Shown here: positions 34,800 through 46,609 of the stretch, in pieces
Numbering within the stretch: the stretch's first letter is position 1
Layout: each line of letters starts with the position of its first letter
NCBI GenBank assembly: GCA_010909165.1
Contig: VJWM01000044.1
Location: forward strand, 930,001-994,000
Direction of reading: 5' to 3'
Source of the DNA: Anthoceros angustus
Lineage: Eukaryota; Plantae; Anthocerotophyta
Length of the DNA stretch: 64,000 bases
Position numbers and translations under genes: made by a program
Notes under the pieces: generated by a model
Databases searched by the model: none
What the model saw: only the letters and a program-made list of their open reading frames with translations
Told to the model about the DNA's origin: nothing

Positions 34800-37700
34800 C
34801 TTGGAAGGCCACGAGATCGGGATCCTTCTCCAACTCTATATCATTGACGCAGATCCTTTCCCGCGTTATCACGGCAATCTCGCATCTCGTGGGTTCGTCC
34901 ATACTTTGCCTCCCTCGTCACGAACTCCCGAGAATCGCCCCGCCGCGGGCCGACCCTTCCATGTTTGTTCCTCTAGCATGCCATACTGCCTCGTCATCTG
35001 CGGGATACGTGCCATACCGCTTGTGAAACCGCAACACCCACTGTCGACCTCCCTTTCCCCACGGGTTTGGACCCATACCGCCATTTCGGCTAGTCTCTCC
35101 TTCGCTGCTATTTCATGCTTGGATGGCGAAAACGGCCGCCTTTTCACCGTGTCGTGCCCATGCTAAGGCATCTTCCCACTCTTCATCGTCCACCATGGAA
35201 GGTTTCCTATTCGAGGTAGTTCCCCTTTTCCCTCTCTTCCAGCGCAACGGCCTTCGCAGCATCCACACATCTGGCATTCCGCGTCCGCGTCATTTGAGAG
35301 AAATGTCTACTTATGCACGACTTCAGCACTAATCGGGAAGGCTTCCGCCACACACTTGATTAACCGGGCCTTCTACGCTTTTGGGCGTCCCTCCACCTTG
35401 TCGTGCAGTCGTTCACAACCTTTGTCCCGACTAGCTCCGGCGCTTGTGTCTCCTTCGCTTAGCCCACCGAACAACGGTGCCCTGCGGCGCCTTTCACAAC
35501 TCATCAATTCCTCAGCCATTTCACTCCATGCTTGTGCAGCAAAGCATTCACCAAGGCCTCGTTATCAACACCATTTACGAGGGCATTCACATCTATTGTG
35601 CCTGTCCTTCCCCGGTTGATATGACACCTCCACCGCAACAAATTCCGCCCGCCATTCCCTTTCTAGGGCCTCTGCACCCGTCGGTCCTTCTGCTGTCCTC
35701 CCTCCCTCCCTCCGACCGTCAGGTTTTGTGTACCTTTTCATTCCCGCATTTCGTCCTCCTCTCTTACATCCAACTCCCTCCATGATCGGGCGTGACGGGT
35801 TGTTCTCCTCTTCCACTTGATAGTTCCCATTCCCCCTACTTGCCATCCATCGTCTTCGTGCACATCCAAGCATTCACACAATGCACATGGAAATAGCGTT
35901 CATCCGGATCTGGTCTATATGTCGACACCGTACAATGTGTTGCGTGAGCGTCACGATATCATCCGTGTGCCACAACACACTAACTGGTCCAAAGATTTCG
36001 CTTTCTTGGTCCATGTCCTGCGAGCTCGGCTGCATTATGTCGTCGTCCGTCGGGATGGAAGGTGCCAAGTTTCGGCGTCATCGAACTGAACCTACACATG
36101 CCGCCATCGCGTGCTTCCCTCCTTCACGCTTTGTTGCCTCCTTTGCGCGATGGCAGCCTCCTCCCACCGTGCTCGCCGATTGAGCGCGGAAGGTGGATGG
36201 GAGATGAGGAGGATAGGCAAGACGACCTACCCTCCTCATCCCCTCCACCTTCCTACGGTCTCCTGTCGAGCGCGCCGTCGTAGACGCCTCCCGATTGTGG
36301 TAGGTTCGTCGGCATACAGTCGACATCCTTGGCCACCTCATCCGTCTCACGCCATTTACATGCATGCGTTCAGCCTTCCTTCCCTGCAATTTTTGGCTCC
36401 CTCGTAGGCAACCTTTTCCTTCCTTCGTCCCTCATGGCGGTATCGTGCACTCCGTCCCAGGCTGGCCGGCCTTAGATTTGAAACATATGAGCCATCCTTG
36501 GCGTCCTTGAGAGCAATTGCGAAACATGGCCCAGCGAGCGGGCGCTTCACTGCACTCATATCCCTTGTTCATTGACTTGCCTACCGCCAGTGCAGCGTCA
36601 CCAATGTGCATTCGGGGCATTTAGTGTTGTTGTCTTTGAGTGCCAACGTTATTCGTTTCATATCTGATGGAGGATTAATGTGCACAGCAAGCCGCCATAT
36701 TATGGAGGTCGGCAAACGTCACTTGCGGCGTCATCATCTCTACCCCAATTCGATCATTCCCTATACTCAATGCCAAAAGCAGACGGCATTTGCACAACAT
36801 CTCCGACTGCACGGCGGCCTTTGCAAGATTCACGGTCTCGGTGTGCCTCTTCTTCCCGGAGTCCCCTCGGCCGCTGAGGGTTCTGCGCCCAGCGAGCCCC
36901 GCATCGCATTCAACCACGTCGATTTCCTCTTTCCCGCCTCACGAGGGGCGATGGCCTCGGACGTCTTGCCCCTCGCGGCTCCCTTGGCCTTCGTCTTCCC
37001 TTTGGACCTCCCTTCGTCCTTTCTTCTGCGGCCGGATATGAACTCCTTCCTTTCCTAGCAGGTCCATGTCTTGCATCGCGACACATTCCATGACTCGGTT
37101 CCTTTTAGGCGGTGACCTTACGTTTTGGGCAATAGGTGGAATTAGTAGCCTTTGTTTAATTCATGTCCATCCTCACGGCGCTAAGACCACTGAGTGAAGG
37201 CAATCGCCCCATGTAAGGAAATGTCGGGCTGCGGTTGCTGTGGTATGCCTTGCGCGGTATGGAGGGCACCACTCCATACCCTCCATTCCAACGGACCTCA
37301 CAGCGCCTGCTTTATTTCCAGCCACCTTTGAAGTGTCTGATTCGATTCGGGAAAAGGACATTCCCGGCAAGGCGTTCCATTACCACACGCACCTCGACCT
37401 CAGGGGTACACCTCCCTCCCTCCACCGGCATGTACCTATGAAGAGGCAGTGCCCGAGGCGAGGACCGTGCATACGGGTCGATGGCGAGGGGAGAACCCCG
37501 TCGTCGTCGCCGGGGCAATGGGCGAGAGCAACCCTCCATCGTCCCATGGCCATCGTCGGTGACATGCCGGTCCAATCCTTCATAGCCATACTCGGTGCCT
37601 ATCTATGAGCCCACAACCTCCGCACACACCGCAATGTTGGAAGGAGATAGTTGAGCACGGAAGGAAAAGGCGGCGCATGCGGGAACCAAAAACTATTGAG

Positions 37701-38000
37701 CGCAATGAGTGAAAGGGTGAATCGTAGCGACACCTTGGGCCGGGTCATGGCCTTGATTTCCACACACAACTAACCCTACGGCGAGATCGGCGGTGGTGGT
37801 CGACCACGAACTCCAAGGCGTTGGGAGGCTTCCACTTGGCCATTGGAGCAGGGGTTCCAAAAAGGCGAGATACACACAGGTTGGCACCAGGCCCCACGGG
37901 TCCTCAGGCCATCGGCGGTTCGTGGTGTCCAAAGTGCAAGCCGGCGGCCGTATGCCCCATTCGGATGTAGGAATGCGGAAGTCATAGATCACTGGCGTCA
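34800..38000 (-). pseudogene. Heavily degenerate En/Spm-type transposase (TnpD/TnpA-like) remnants
   Basis: Weak motif resemblance only: VYLAFLEPLLQW near 37850, RIRHFKGGWK near 37330 and TSGMARIPQMTRQYG near 35010; many stops. Confidence 0.4.
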
Positions 38001-38044
38001 CATCTGGACACTAGGGGCGAGGGCTCGGGCATCCGTGCCACCTT

Positions 38045-38107
38045 GAGGCGGGGCGGGGGGGGGGGCGGGGAGAGGTGGAGGCAGGGGTGGGGAGGGGTGG
38101 AGGGGAG
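38045..38107 (+). other. G-rich tract with G-quadruplex potential
   Basis: Seven or more runs of at least 3 G within about 60 bp, including a run of about 12 G. Confidence 0.7.
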
Positions 38108-38639
38108 TGATGTGGGTTCACAGGTAGGCCTCAAGCTGCAGGAGACTTAAGCAAGAGCTGGAGCTTTTCGATGCGTCGTGAGTTAAGTTAAAGCAAATCT
38201 CGGGAGAAGAGCCGATTTCTACACGCAACTGTGGCCTCCGGAACATCGGTTTACGGTTGGGAGAATCTGCGATATCGACCGTCCGTTCTGTGCGACAAGC
38301 TTGCAGAGGCAGGCATTGACGGCCACAGCGCTGACAAGCCCGTCTGCCATGGCGACCTTTGGCGGTGGTGTCGCCCCGGCAGTGACGTGAGTAGCGGGGT
38401 TTTCAGGAGGTAAGCATAATTAACAACAGTGCCAACTGCGTACATCGAACAAATCGGTATAAACCTTGACAATGGTGCAGCAGATGGGCCGGCCTAGGAT
38501 CATAAGACCACCCCAAGTGCAGTTTTGTAATGACCGGTATGATGACACATATTCATTTCACACCACGCTATCCACGATGCACATGCTTGCACCGAGGTGC
38601 CTCACAAGGGTGCCGCGAAACGCGTCTCTCGTGGTCACC

Positions 38640-40090
38640 GGGATTGTCTTTGGTCCATGATGAGTCAATGCATGTCATGGTCCTTGGATTGGGAAATGCC
38701 CATGTCCTGGTCATTTGTCCTTGCCATGACATGTACATGCATGACATGGTCCACGGACATCGCATGACTTGGGCCATGACATGTATATGCATGTCATGAC
38801 CATGGCATGCATTTACATGTCATGGCGAACATATATAGTCACGAATATCTCGCTCACATAGCGACGGCCAAGCACATTATTTGGCATTTCGAGGGCCAAG
38901 GACAAATGCGACCTCCTGTCATTGCACAAGGATTTATTTGTCCTTGGGCCTCGACATCGTGCATGTCATGGTCTTGTCATGTCCTTGGCCCATGCGTGCG
39001 CATGTCATGGGCCAAGGACATGATATGACCATGACATGCATATGCATGTGATGGTCCAAGGAAACATTTTTCCTTTGACCATGAAATGTATATGCATGTA
39101 AATGTCATGCGCGACATTTATATAATAGCCATGGGCCAAGGACATTTATATAATTGCCATGGGCCAAGGACAAATTTGTCCTTGGGCCATGACATGTATA
39201 TTACAAAGGCGTTTCATGGGGCAGGACAACTTTGTCCTTGGCCCATGGCATGGCATGGTCAAGACCAGACATGAACGCCATTTCGTGGGCCAAGGACACA
39301 TTTGTCCTTGGCCCGCAACTTATACATGGCATGGTGTGGCCACATAATTTTCATGCGTGGGCCAAGGACAAATTGTCCACGGCCCGGACATGTAAATTCA
39401 TGTCATGGGCGAAGGACAAATTTGTCCTTGGCCCGGAAAGCGTGCCACATATTGGTGTCTATATATGTATAGCATGAGTGTGGTGTAGACTTCATTTGGG
39501 AGGACATGCTATTATGAGGACTTAAAACACAAGGAGCGCATGATGAGGTGGCCAAACATGCATGGGGATGGGCCTAGTTGTCATGGGCCAAGGACAACTT
39601 TGAGCTTGGCCCATGACATGTAAATGCATGGCATGGTCTTAACCATGACATGCATACATGCCATGGGCCAAGGACAAAGTTGTGCTTGGCACATGACATG
39701 CATATGGATGTCATGGGCCAAGGAAAACTTTGAGCTTGTGACATGCATATGCATGTCGTCGCAGGACATGCATATGCATATATATGACATGACATTTATA
39801 TACATGCCATGGGCCAAGGACAAATTTGTCCTTGGCCCATGATATGCATGTCATGGGCCAAGGACAACTTTGTCCTTGGCCCATGGCATGTATATAAATG
39901 TCATGCGCATGACAATGACATGTATATACATGACATGGTCCAATGAAAATGTTTCCTTGGACCATGTCATATATATGTCATGTCATGTCATGTCCGTGGG
40001 CCATGACATGTATATGCATGTTATGGGCGACATGACATGACCATGGGCCATGACATGGACGCCCGAGGCCCAAGGACAAATAGTTCCTTG
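38640..40090. repeat. CATG-rich palindromic satellite inside the CACTA-like element
   Basis: Recurrent GGGCCAAGGACAAATTTGTCCTTGGCCC and half-sites; perfect 34-bp palindrome at 39808-39841. Confidence 0.9.
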
Positions 40091-43000
40091 GGCAATGACA
40101 AGCGGTGGCATATGTCCTCGCCCTCGAAATGATGAAATGTTCTTGGCCGTCGAAATGTGTCGAGAATTTGGTGACTATATATGTCTACGAGTGATAAGTG
40201 TGGTCATCATTGATTAGGTCCCACTTGTTATAATGAGGAGTTGAGACATAAGGGAAGGCGATGAGGTGGCAAACTTTGAATGGCGACGCCGTGCGCATGG
40301 CGGCATGCATCACGATGCCGGAGACATGGCCTATTACTTCCGTCAGCGTGTTACTTCCACTTGCATCTTTTCAATCGTCACCTTGCGGTTGCAATCTGTT
40401 TGTCTCGGTTCGCTCTGCTCGCTTTCGACTTTGCGCGTTACAAAGATGGTGTGGGACGTGGACTTGAGGATTTGGTGCGTCCGCCCGCACCGACTTCAAC
40501 CTGCCGTGACACACCGCCGGTGAAGATGGCGTTCGCCGATCAAAGGAGGCGTCCGCCGTCTGCGGCGATGGCAATGGCTATGGCGGCGGCCGGTGGTGGT
40601 GGCAAGCACTGCGGTGAGGGACCCTGTGGCGGCACGTGGTCATGGAAGTGTCACGGCTCGGCGGTGGGAAGCGGCGAGGTGGAAACGGTGGGTGGACCCA
40701 TAGAGGCGGCTCCATCGAGGCGGCGGAGGGCGTGGCGGAGGTGGCGGTGCACAGACACAGGGAGCGCCACCATGAAGATGGGCAAGTGTCCCTTCCAAGG
40801 TTGCGGAGGCGGTGATGGCGATGCCGGCAAGTTGCCCCTGCCGAGGGTGGGGATGGGAAGGAAGATGCTTCCACCATCAACCGCCGGGAGGAGCGCACCG
40901 CTCCTATGGGCGCTTGCTGCTCGGAGATTTTGGTCCTCCGGTGGCGGAGGTGGCCCTTCCGTGGAGCGGTGGGCTGGTCCTCGGGATGAGCGAACGGTCC
41001 CCCGCCCTTGTGGCATGGATGCCCTAGCAAGTGCGCCCTGGGCCGCCCATCCCGCTCCCGAGAAGCGGGGACCACTTGCCTATCGGCGCAAGCGAGGTGC
41101 ACGCGAGCCAAGGGAGGAAGGGCATGCTCCGACCTCCACTGAAGAACTGGATGTGGGAGATGAGGACAGGTTGAGGGGCAAGCCGGCCCGAGAGGCGGCC
41201 GACTCGAGGCGGATGGCGAGGACGAGGACAATTGCGAGGATGAGGTAGGTGGGTGACATGGAAGAACGGGTGACAGGGACGACGTCCCCACCACCGCAAC
41301 TCCGGCAGAGATAGGAGAACTCACCAGTGCTGGCGGTAAGCAACTCGGCACGTCATTCTTTGTATTATGCAGCTCCACAGGCGGGAGGAGTGTTTATATC
41401 GGCCGCTGTGCGATGGAGGTTGGGTCGAGGATCGGTGCGGTGGAGGATGAAGAAGGGCTGAGGAGGGCCTTCCATCGCGTGTCTTGGAGCTAGTGTGTGC
41501 GAAGATGGCGTTGATGGTGCCGTGGACAAGCCATGACGAGTCCGAGGGAGAGGTGGTGAGTATGGTAGAGATTGAGTTTCGGTATCGGCCGGGATGAGAT
41601 TGTGGCGAGGTTGCGGTGCATCACGGACAAGGAACCACAACGTAGGAAGAAGGTGAGGCAAGCGCATTGATATGGAGGGAGAAGGGTAAGGATGCGAAAT
41701 GGCTCCATCCGCCGAATGTCACGAAGGCATGGAGGAAGGCCGTGGGCGGGGGTGGTGACGTTGCACAAGAATGGGGGTGTGGCCAACACTCGAGAAAGCC
41801 GCAACGTCGCAAGGTCAAAGCATGATCAAGGGACCAATCCCTTTGGTCCACTAGGGCGAAAGATTTTGAAAGGAAGTTCGTGCAACGGTGGGGAGGGAGC
41901 GGTAGAGGAGCTGCGGTGGCGGCGAGGAATGGCTTGGAGAACATGCCGAGTATTGGAGAGGTAAGGGAAAAGGCATGGCGGTGGCGGTGAGAGGGCAAGT
42001 GGGCGAGGCAACGCTTGTCGTGATGTGATCACACAGGTGGCATGTGCGATGCTTGGAGGCAGGAATGCAAGAGGGAAGCAATGGACGAGGCGGCGGACGG
42101 TACACATGCAAAGGCGTTGAAGAGGGTGGGGGACAACGAGGAGAGGGAGGGAAGAGTTGCTGGTGGGCAGGCGGAAGAAGGGGGACAAGTGGAAGTGGTG
42201 GCACCGACACGGAGGATCACACGGAGCGTGTCGAAAAGTGTAAGTGCAAATGTGTAACATGTCATGCAAATGGCGATGCAATGGGCGAAATCGACTGCTG
42301 CTTTTTGCAGCCATGGTGGTCGAAAAGAAGGAAGCTGTGGAAGGATGTGTGGAAACGCAGCCGTGAGGCGTGAGCAAGGGAAGAGAAAGCGGGCACCAAG
42401 CATGACACCAACAAGCAAAGGAAGAAAGCAGCGGGTTCTACACGGAAGAAGAAGAAGAATCCTCCAAGGACAACCAATGAGTGTAGGGGTGTCGCAAGAA
42501 GCCTAAGTAGCATAGGATTTAGTTTTATGTAGGAAGAAAGTGAGGGCTTCGATGAGTTAGCCGCCATCTAGATGAATGTGTGGTTCAGTGGTGATGTGAA
42601 GGCGAAAGGGAGAAGCTTGTGGCTGCCACAGATCGATGACTCAAGAATGCATAATTGTGACATTCTTGTTTTGTGACACAATGAATTTGGTAGGTGTGGG
42701 TTGAATCGATTGCTAGGTTTCTTTGCATGTGTGAAAAGACGACCAGCAGACGGGTTGGGGAAACGACGACGCCATTGCTCATGGGTACGGACAAAAGCAT
42801 GGGATTAGTCCTCATGTACCACCCTTTCCCAATTTGGACATCAAGGTATGTATGTATAAAGGAACCTAGTTGTCCATGCACTCGCGTTGGTGGAGTGGAG
42901 GAGGCGATGGTGACGAACAAGCGGTCGCGTGTTCGAGCGATTAAGTCAAACGATTTTGCGCAAGAACAAGAGGTAATGACAAGACTCAAAATAGAAGACA

Positions 43001-43190
43001 GACAAGAATGTGAATGATATTGAGCAAAGAGCGATATCCGTCTTGGAAATAAAAATCTTGTTAATCCGGTGTTCATGTACAAATACCTACCTACAAGTAG
43101 GTACATGCGTATGAAGGTAAATCCGTATCTACAAGTAGGTACCATGTATGAAGGTAATGTGTATTCTATCTCTACCAAGATATCGTGCAA

Positions 43191-43274
43191 AAGCCATAAA
43201 CAAATAGTATACAAGCCAATAATAGCTATGGTAAGCCATAAACAATTAGTATACAAGCCAATAATAGCTATGGT
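43191..43274 (+). repeat. 2 x 42-bp tandem duplication
   Basis: AAGCCATAAACAA(A/T)TAGTATACAAGCCAATAATAGCTATGGT twice, one mismatch. Confidence 0.9.
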
Positions 43275-44456
43275 AGGGAAAAAGGTTGATATAGGAATTA
43301 TATCGTGTGTAGAGGAAGGAGACAATTAATGAGAGACAATTAATGAGCATGTTAGTGTGATATCCGGTTTGGGCGCCATTAACAATAGTTGTGAAGAGAG
43401 AGTGCAATGAAGAGCAATAGGAGAAACATTAACTAATTGTACTTCCAATGGGGTGTAATAAAGAGGGGACCGATAGAGAAGAGAGAGAGGGTCCTTATTA
43501 CGTCATGTTGCATTTGCATGAGGGAATTCATAAACAATGCGTATGAGAGAGGGGATGTAGTTAAGAGGGTGAAGTGGTAGGAGAGAGAGCAAGGTTCGTG
43601 TTAAGATTGTAGGCCCAATGCGGGAAGAAATGACAAACTTAATACCAAGCCTCCAAATAATGTTGCAAGTTACAAGTGTAACATAAAATTGCAACAACGA
43701 CTGTAACATAGGGGGCCATTTCTAGTAGGGTTCCCGCGCATCAATTACGCCCGACGCCTCGACGCTGAGAGAAAACCATCTTCGCGGTCAACTACTAGAG
43801 TCCTACATCGTGTACTGCAACTTCATGCCTGCCGCCTTCTTGGCGCATGTCCTTGGGTCGTGGTTACTTGCCTATAACGGCCTGGCAACTCTCAAGGTCC
43901 CGTCCCTCCGTATGTCCGGCTCTCCTCCAGCCTGCCCACGTGGCCCGCTTACCTATTACGCTCCATCCTTTTCCGCAGTTACCTTTTCCATCGGACTTAC
44001 CTTGATCCGCTTCAAAGTTTAGTCCGGAGTAGCCTACTCCGGAGTTCCCGACGTTGTCCAACCCGGACCTATCCTTCAGTCCCCCTAGTCCGTCATAATC
44101 TAGGCCATCCATCTTTATTTCCATTTCTCCGCCTTATTTCCCACACCACACACTAAGAAAACAAAAAAAAACATGCCTATTACCTTCATAAGGGGGAGTC
44201 TACAGTTCTTTCCTTGTCCACACCTTGAAATGCTCTATAAGTACAAGATTTGCTTGTGGCTATACATGAGATCCTAGCATGCTACCATCCTCTCACCAAC
44301 GTCATGTCACACTGGTTTGATCTCGCTCTACACTTGGTCAACTAGGAAGTTTAGGGTTTGATCTCGCTCTACACTAATAGTGAGCATACTAGGTAGTGAG
44401 TATTTGATGGGTGCTAAATTTTAACGTTCAGAATTCACACCTTATACAATATGCAA

Positions 44457-44535
44457 TTAATATATTATATTATATTATATTATATTATATTATATTATAT
44501 TATATTATATTATATTATATTATATTATATTATAT
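44457..44535. repeat. (ATTAT)n microsatellite
   Basis: About 15 near-perfect pentamer units. Confidence 0.95.
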
Positions 44536-45883
44536 AGTATAACATAATACTATGGAATACGTATAGGAGTGCTTGGTTAGGGGCAAGGGGTAGATCTACA
44601 TTAGAGTGCCTGGGTAAGACCAAGGGGTAGAAGTTATGCTGGTTGCCAAAATTAATAAGTAATTTATACCTCTATATATATATCCTGTACTTTATCATTG
44701 ATATAAGTGCATAATGGAAGATGCACATTTATTAACATTGTAGGACTGGTTGAAGCCAAAACAAAGTTAGTGTCAAGCCATGAATAGGGATAGTCAAGTA
44801 AAAACATTGATAAATCAATGGTGAAGTTATGAGGTAGGAGGGATATATGTGAGGGTTGGTGGTTCATGTTTCAGTGGTGTGGGCAACATAAACAAATCGT
44901 TGCCAAGAGAGGGTGTAATGAAGAGGACAAGGTGAAACATAAACAAATAATTCTCCAAAGGGGGTGTAATAAAGAGGGAAGGATGATAGGGGAGAGAGAG
45001 GCGGCTCCTTGTTACATTCATGTTGCAATTGCATGTGGGAAGTCATAGACAATGCTTGTGAGAGAGGAGGTGTAATTATTATGAGGGTGAGGTGGTCGGA
45101 GAGAGAGCCAGGTTCATATGAAGGAAGCTAAGGAAGCAACGTGCCTAAGTATAATTTTGCTTACGAGCTCATCACATGACACACATCAACGCAGGGCAAC
45201 TCACTTTCCTCTCTAGCATGGACCCTCAAGGTTCTTGATCTCCAGGAAGGGCTTCCCTCACACATTGCATAGAAGGGACAAGCTGTAGGATCCATTTTCC
45301 TTCTTCCTTTCTTCATGCAAGCCGTCTTTCTTTAGGCAAGCTGTCTTCCTTGTATAATATCCATTTAGGCAAGTCGTATTTCTTCAAGCAAGTTGTCTTC
45401 CTTGTAAAACAGTGAATTGGATACTATGTACATCTCATGGTCACTAGTCGTACATATAGTGAAGGGGTCAACAAAAGTCATGGGAACTCTACCAACTCTC
45501 ATGGGTGAAGATAGCCGTTGCAAAAACCGTTAGTCATCAAGGGTTCAAAAATGACATTTTTTGTGCATTAAAAACGAACGAGGGGCTCACAATATGCTTG
45601 CGCAGTTCTTATTCTTACAGCTGCTTATGGGCTCAGTCTCCTTTGTGTTATAACAGCGCGGAGCCATGGCCAGGAAAAAGAATGTGCTTCCAAATCTATT
45701 GCTAATAAGAGGATGGTGCAAGAAGAAATCGATCAGCAACTGGCCAGGAAAGATATGAGGAAAGTGTAGGCCTTCGACAGTTGTTGAGGAAGAGCTAGTT
45801 GGAGAGTGAGGACAACACAGACAAAAAAGGCAGAGTGGCAGGTGGGGACACATGTTGACATGAGTTAGACATGGAATAGCGAG

Positions 45884-46250
45884 CAACGAGTTTGGTGGGA
45901 AGCACACAACAACTTTGACAAGAAAATCACAACCCATCAGTTATGCCTTCTTGATGTTGGCTAAACGCCACCCTAAATAGAGATTCACACAAATTTTTTG
46001 ACCCATTTATAGAGAAAATAGACCGGAATACTCCCGGTTAGTCGGTCTTGGTTCATAATATATCAGCCAACAACGAGTTTGGTGGGAAGCACACAACAAC
46101 TTTGACAAGAAAATCACAACCCATCAGTTATGCCTTCTTGATGTTGGCTACACGGCACCCTAAACAAAGATTCATACAAAATTTTTGACCCATTTTTAGA
46201 GAAAATGGACTGGAGTACTCCCGGTCATTGAGTCTGGGTTCATAACATAT
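45884..46250 (+). repeat. 2 x ~187-bp tandem duplication
   Basis: CAACGAGTTTGGTGGGAAGC... at 45884 and 46071; first ~80 bp identical, remainder diverged by substitutions. Confidence 0.9.
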
Positions 46251-46609
46251 CGCGCTCTTTCACTAAATAAGTTTAGGGTTAATACTCTTATCGTGCACCC
46301 ATTTAAGCCTAAGGTAGCTTTAAAGTGACCTTGCTATGTATCCATGTATGTAGGTAAGACAACCTCAAGACTTTGTTGAAAAAAAAGAGATGGAAAATCC
46401 CATCTACCCCGAGACAAAATGGGAACAACCCATGGGAGGGCACCAGGCCAGGGGGACTAGTCCCGGGACCGCCCATCTTGGACCTGCAGGTAAGTGCATG
46501 TCCAAATTGTCCTCTGGACATTTTTCAATAAACTTGAACTTGACAAGATGTGCAACTCAAAACTGTACCCTGTCTATATGGTACACCATAAGATAGGGGT
46601 AATGTCGAA

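Larger units (their letters stand above)
32746..43730 (-). mobile_element. CACTA/CMC-type DNA transposon with CCCTA termini, ~11 kb
   Basis: Perfect 28-bp TIR CCCTACTAGAAATGGCCCCCTATGTTAC (32746-32773 and 43703-43730); 3-bp TSD TTC on both sides; TGTTAC/TTGCAA subterminal repeats at both ends. Confidence 0.88.

Noticed and set aside
40261-42570. Overlapping long ORFs on both strands as captured genes
   Set aside because: Low-complexity GC-rich sequence inside the transposon, with no domain motifs or consistent splice structure.
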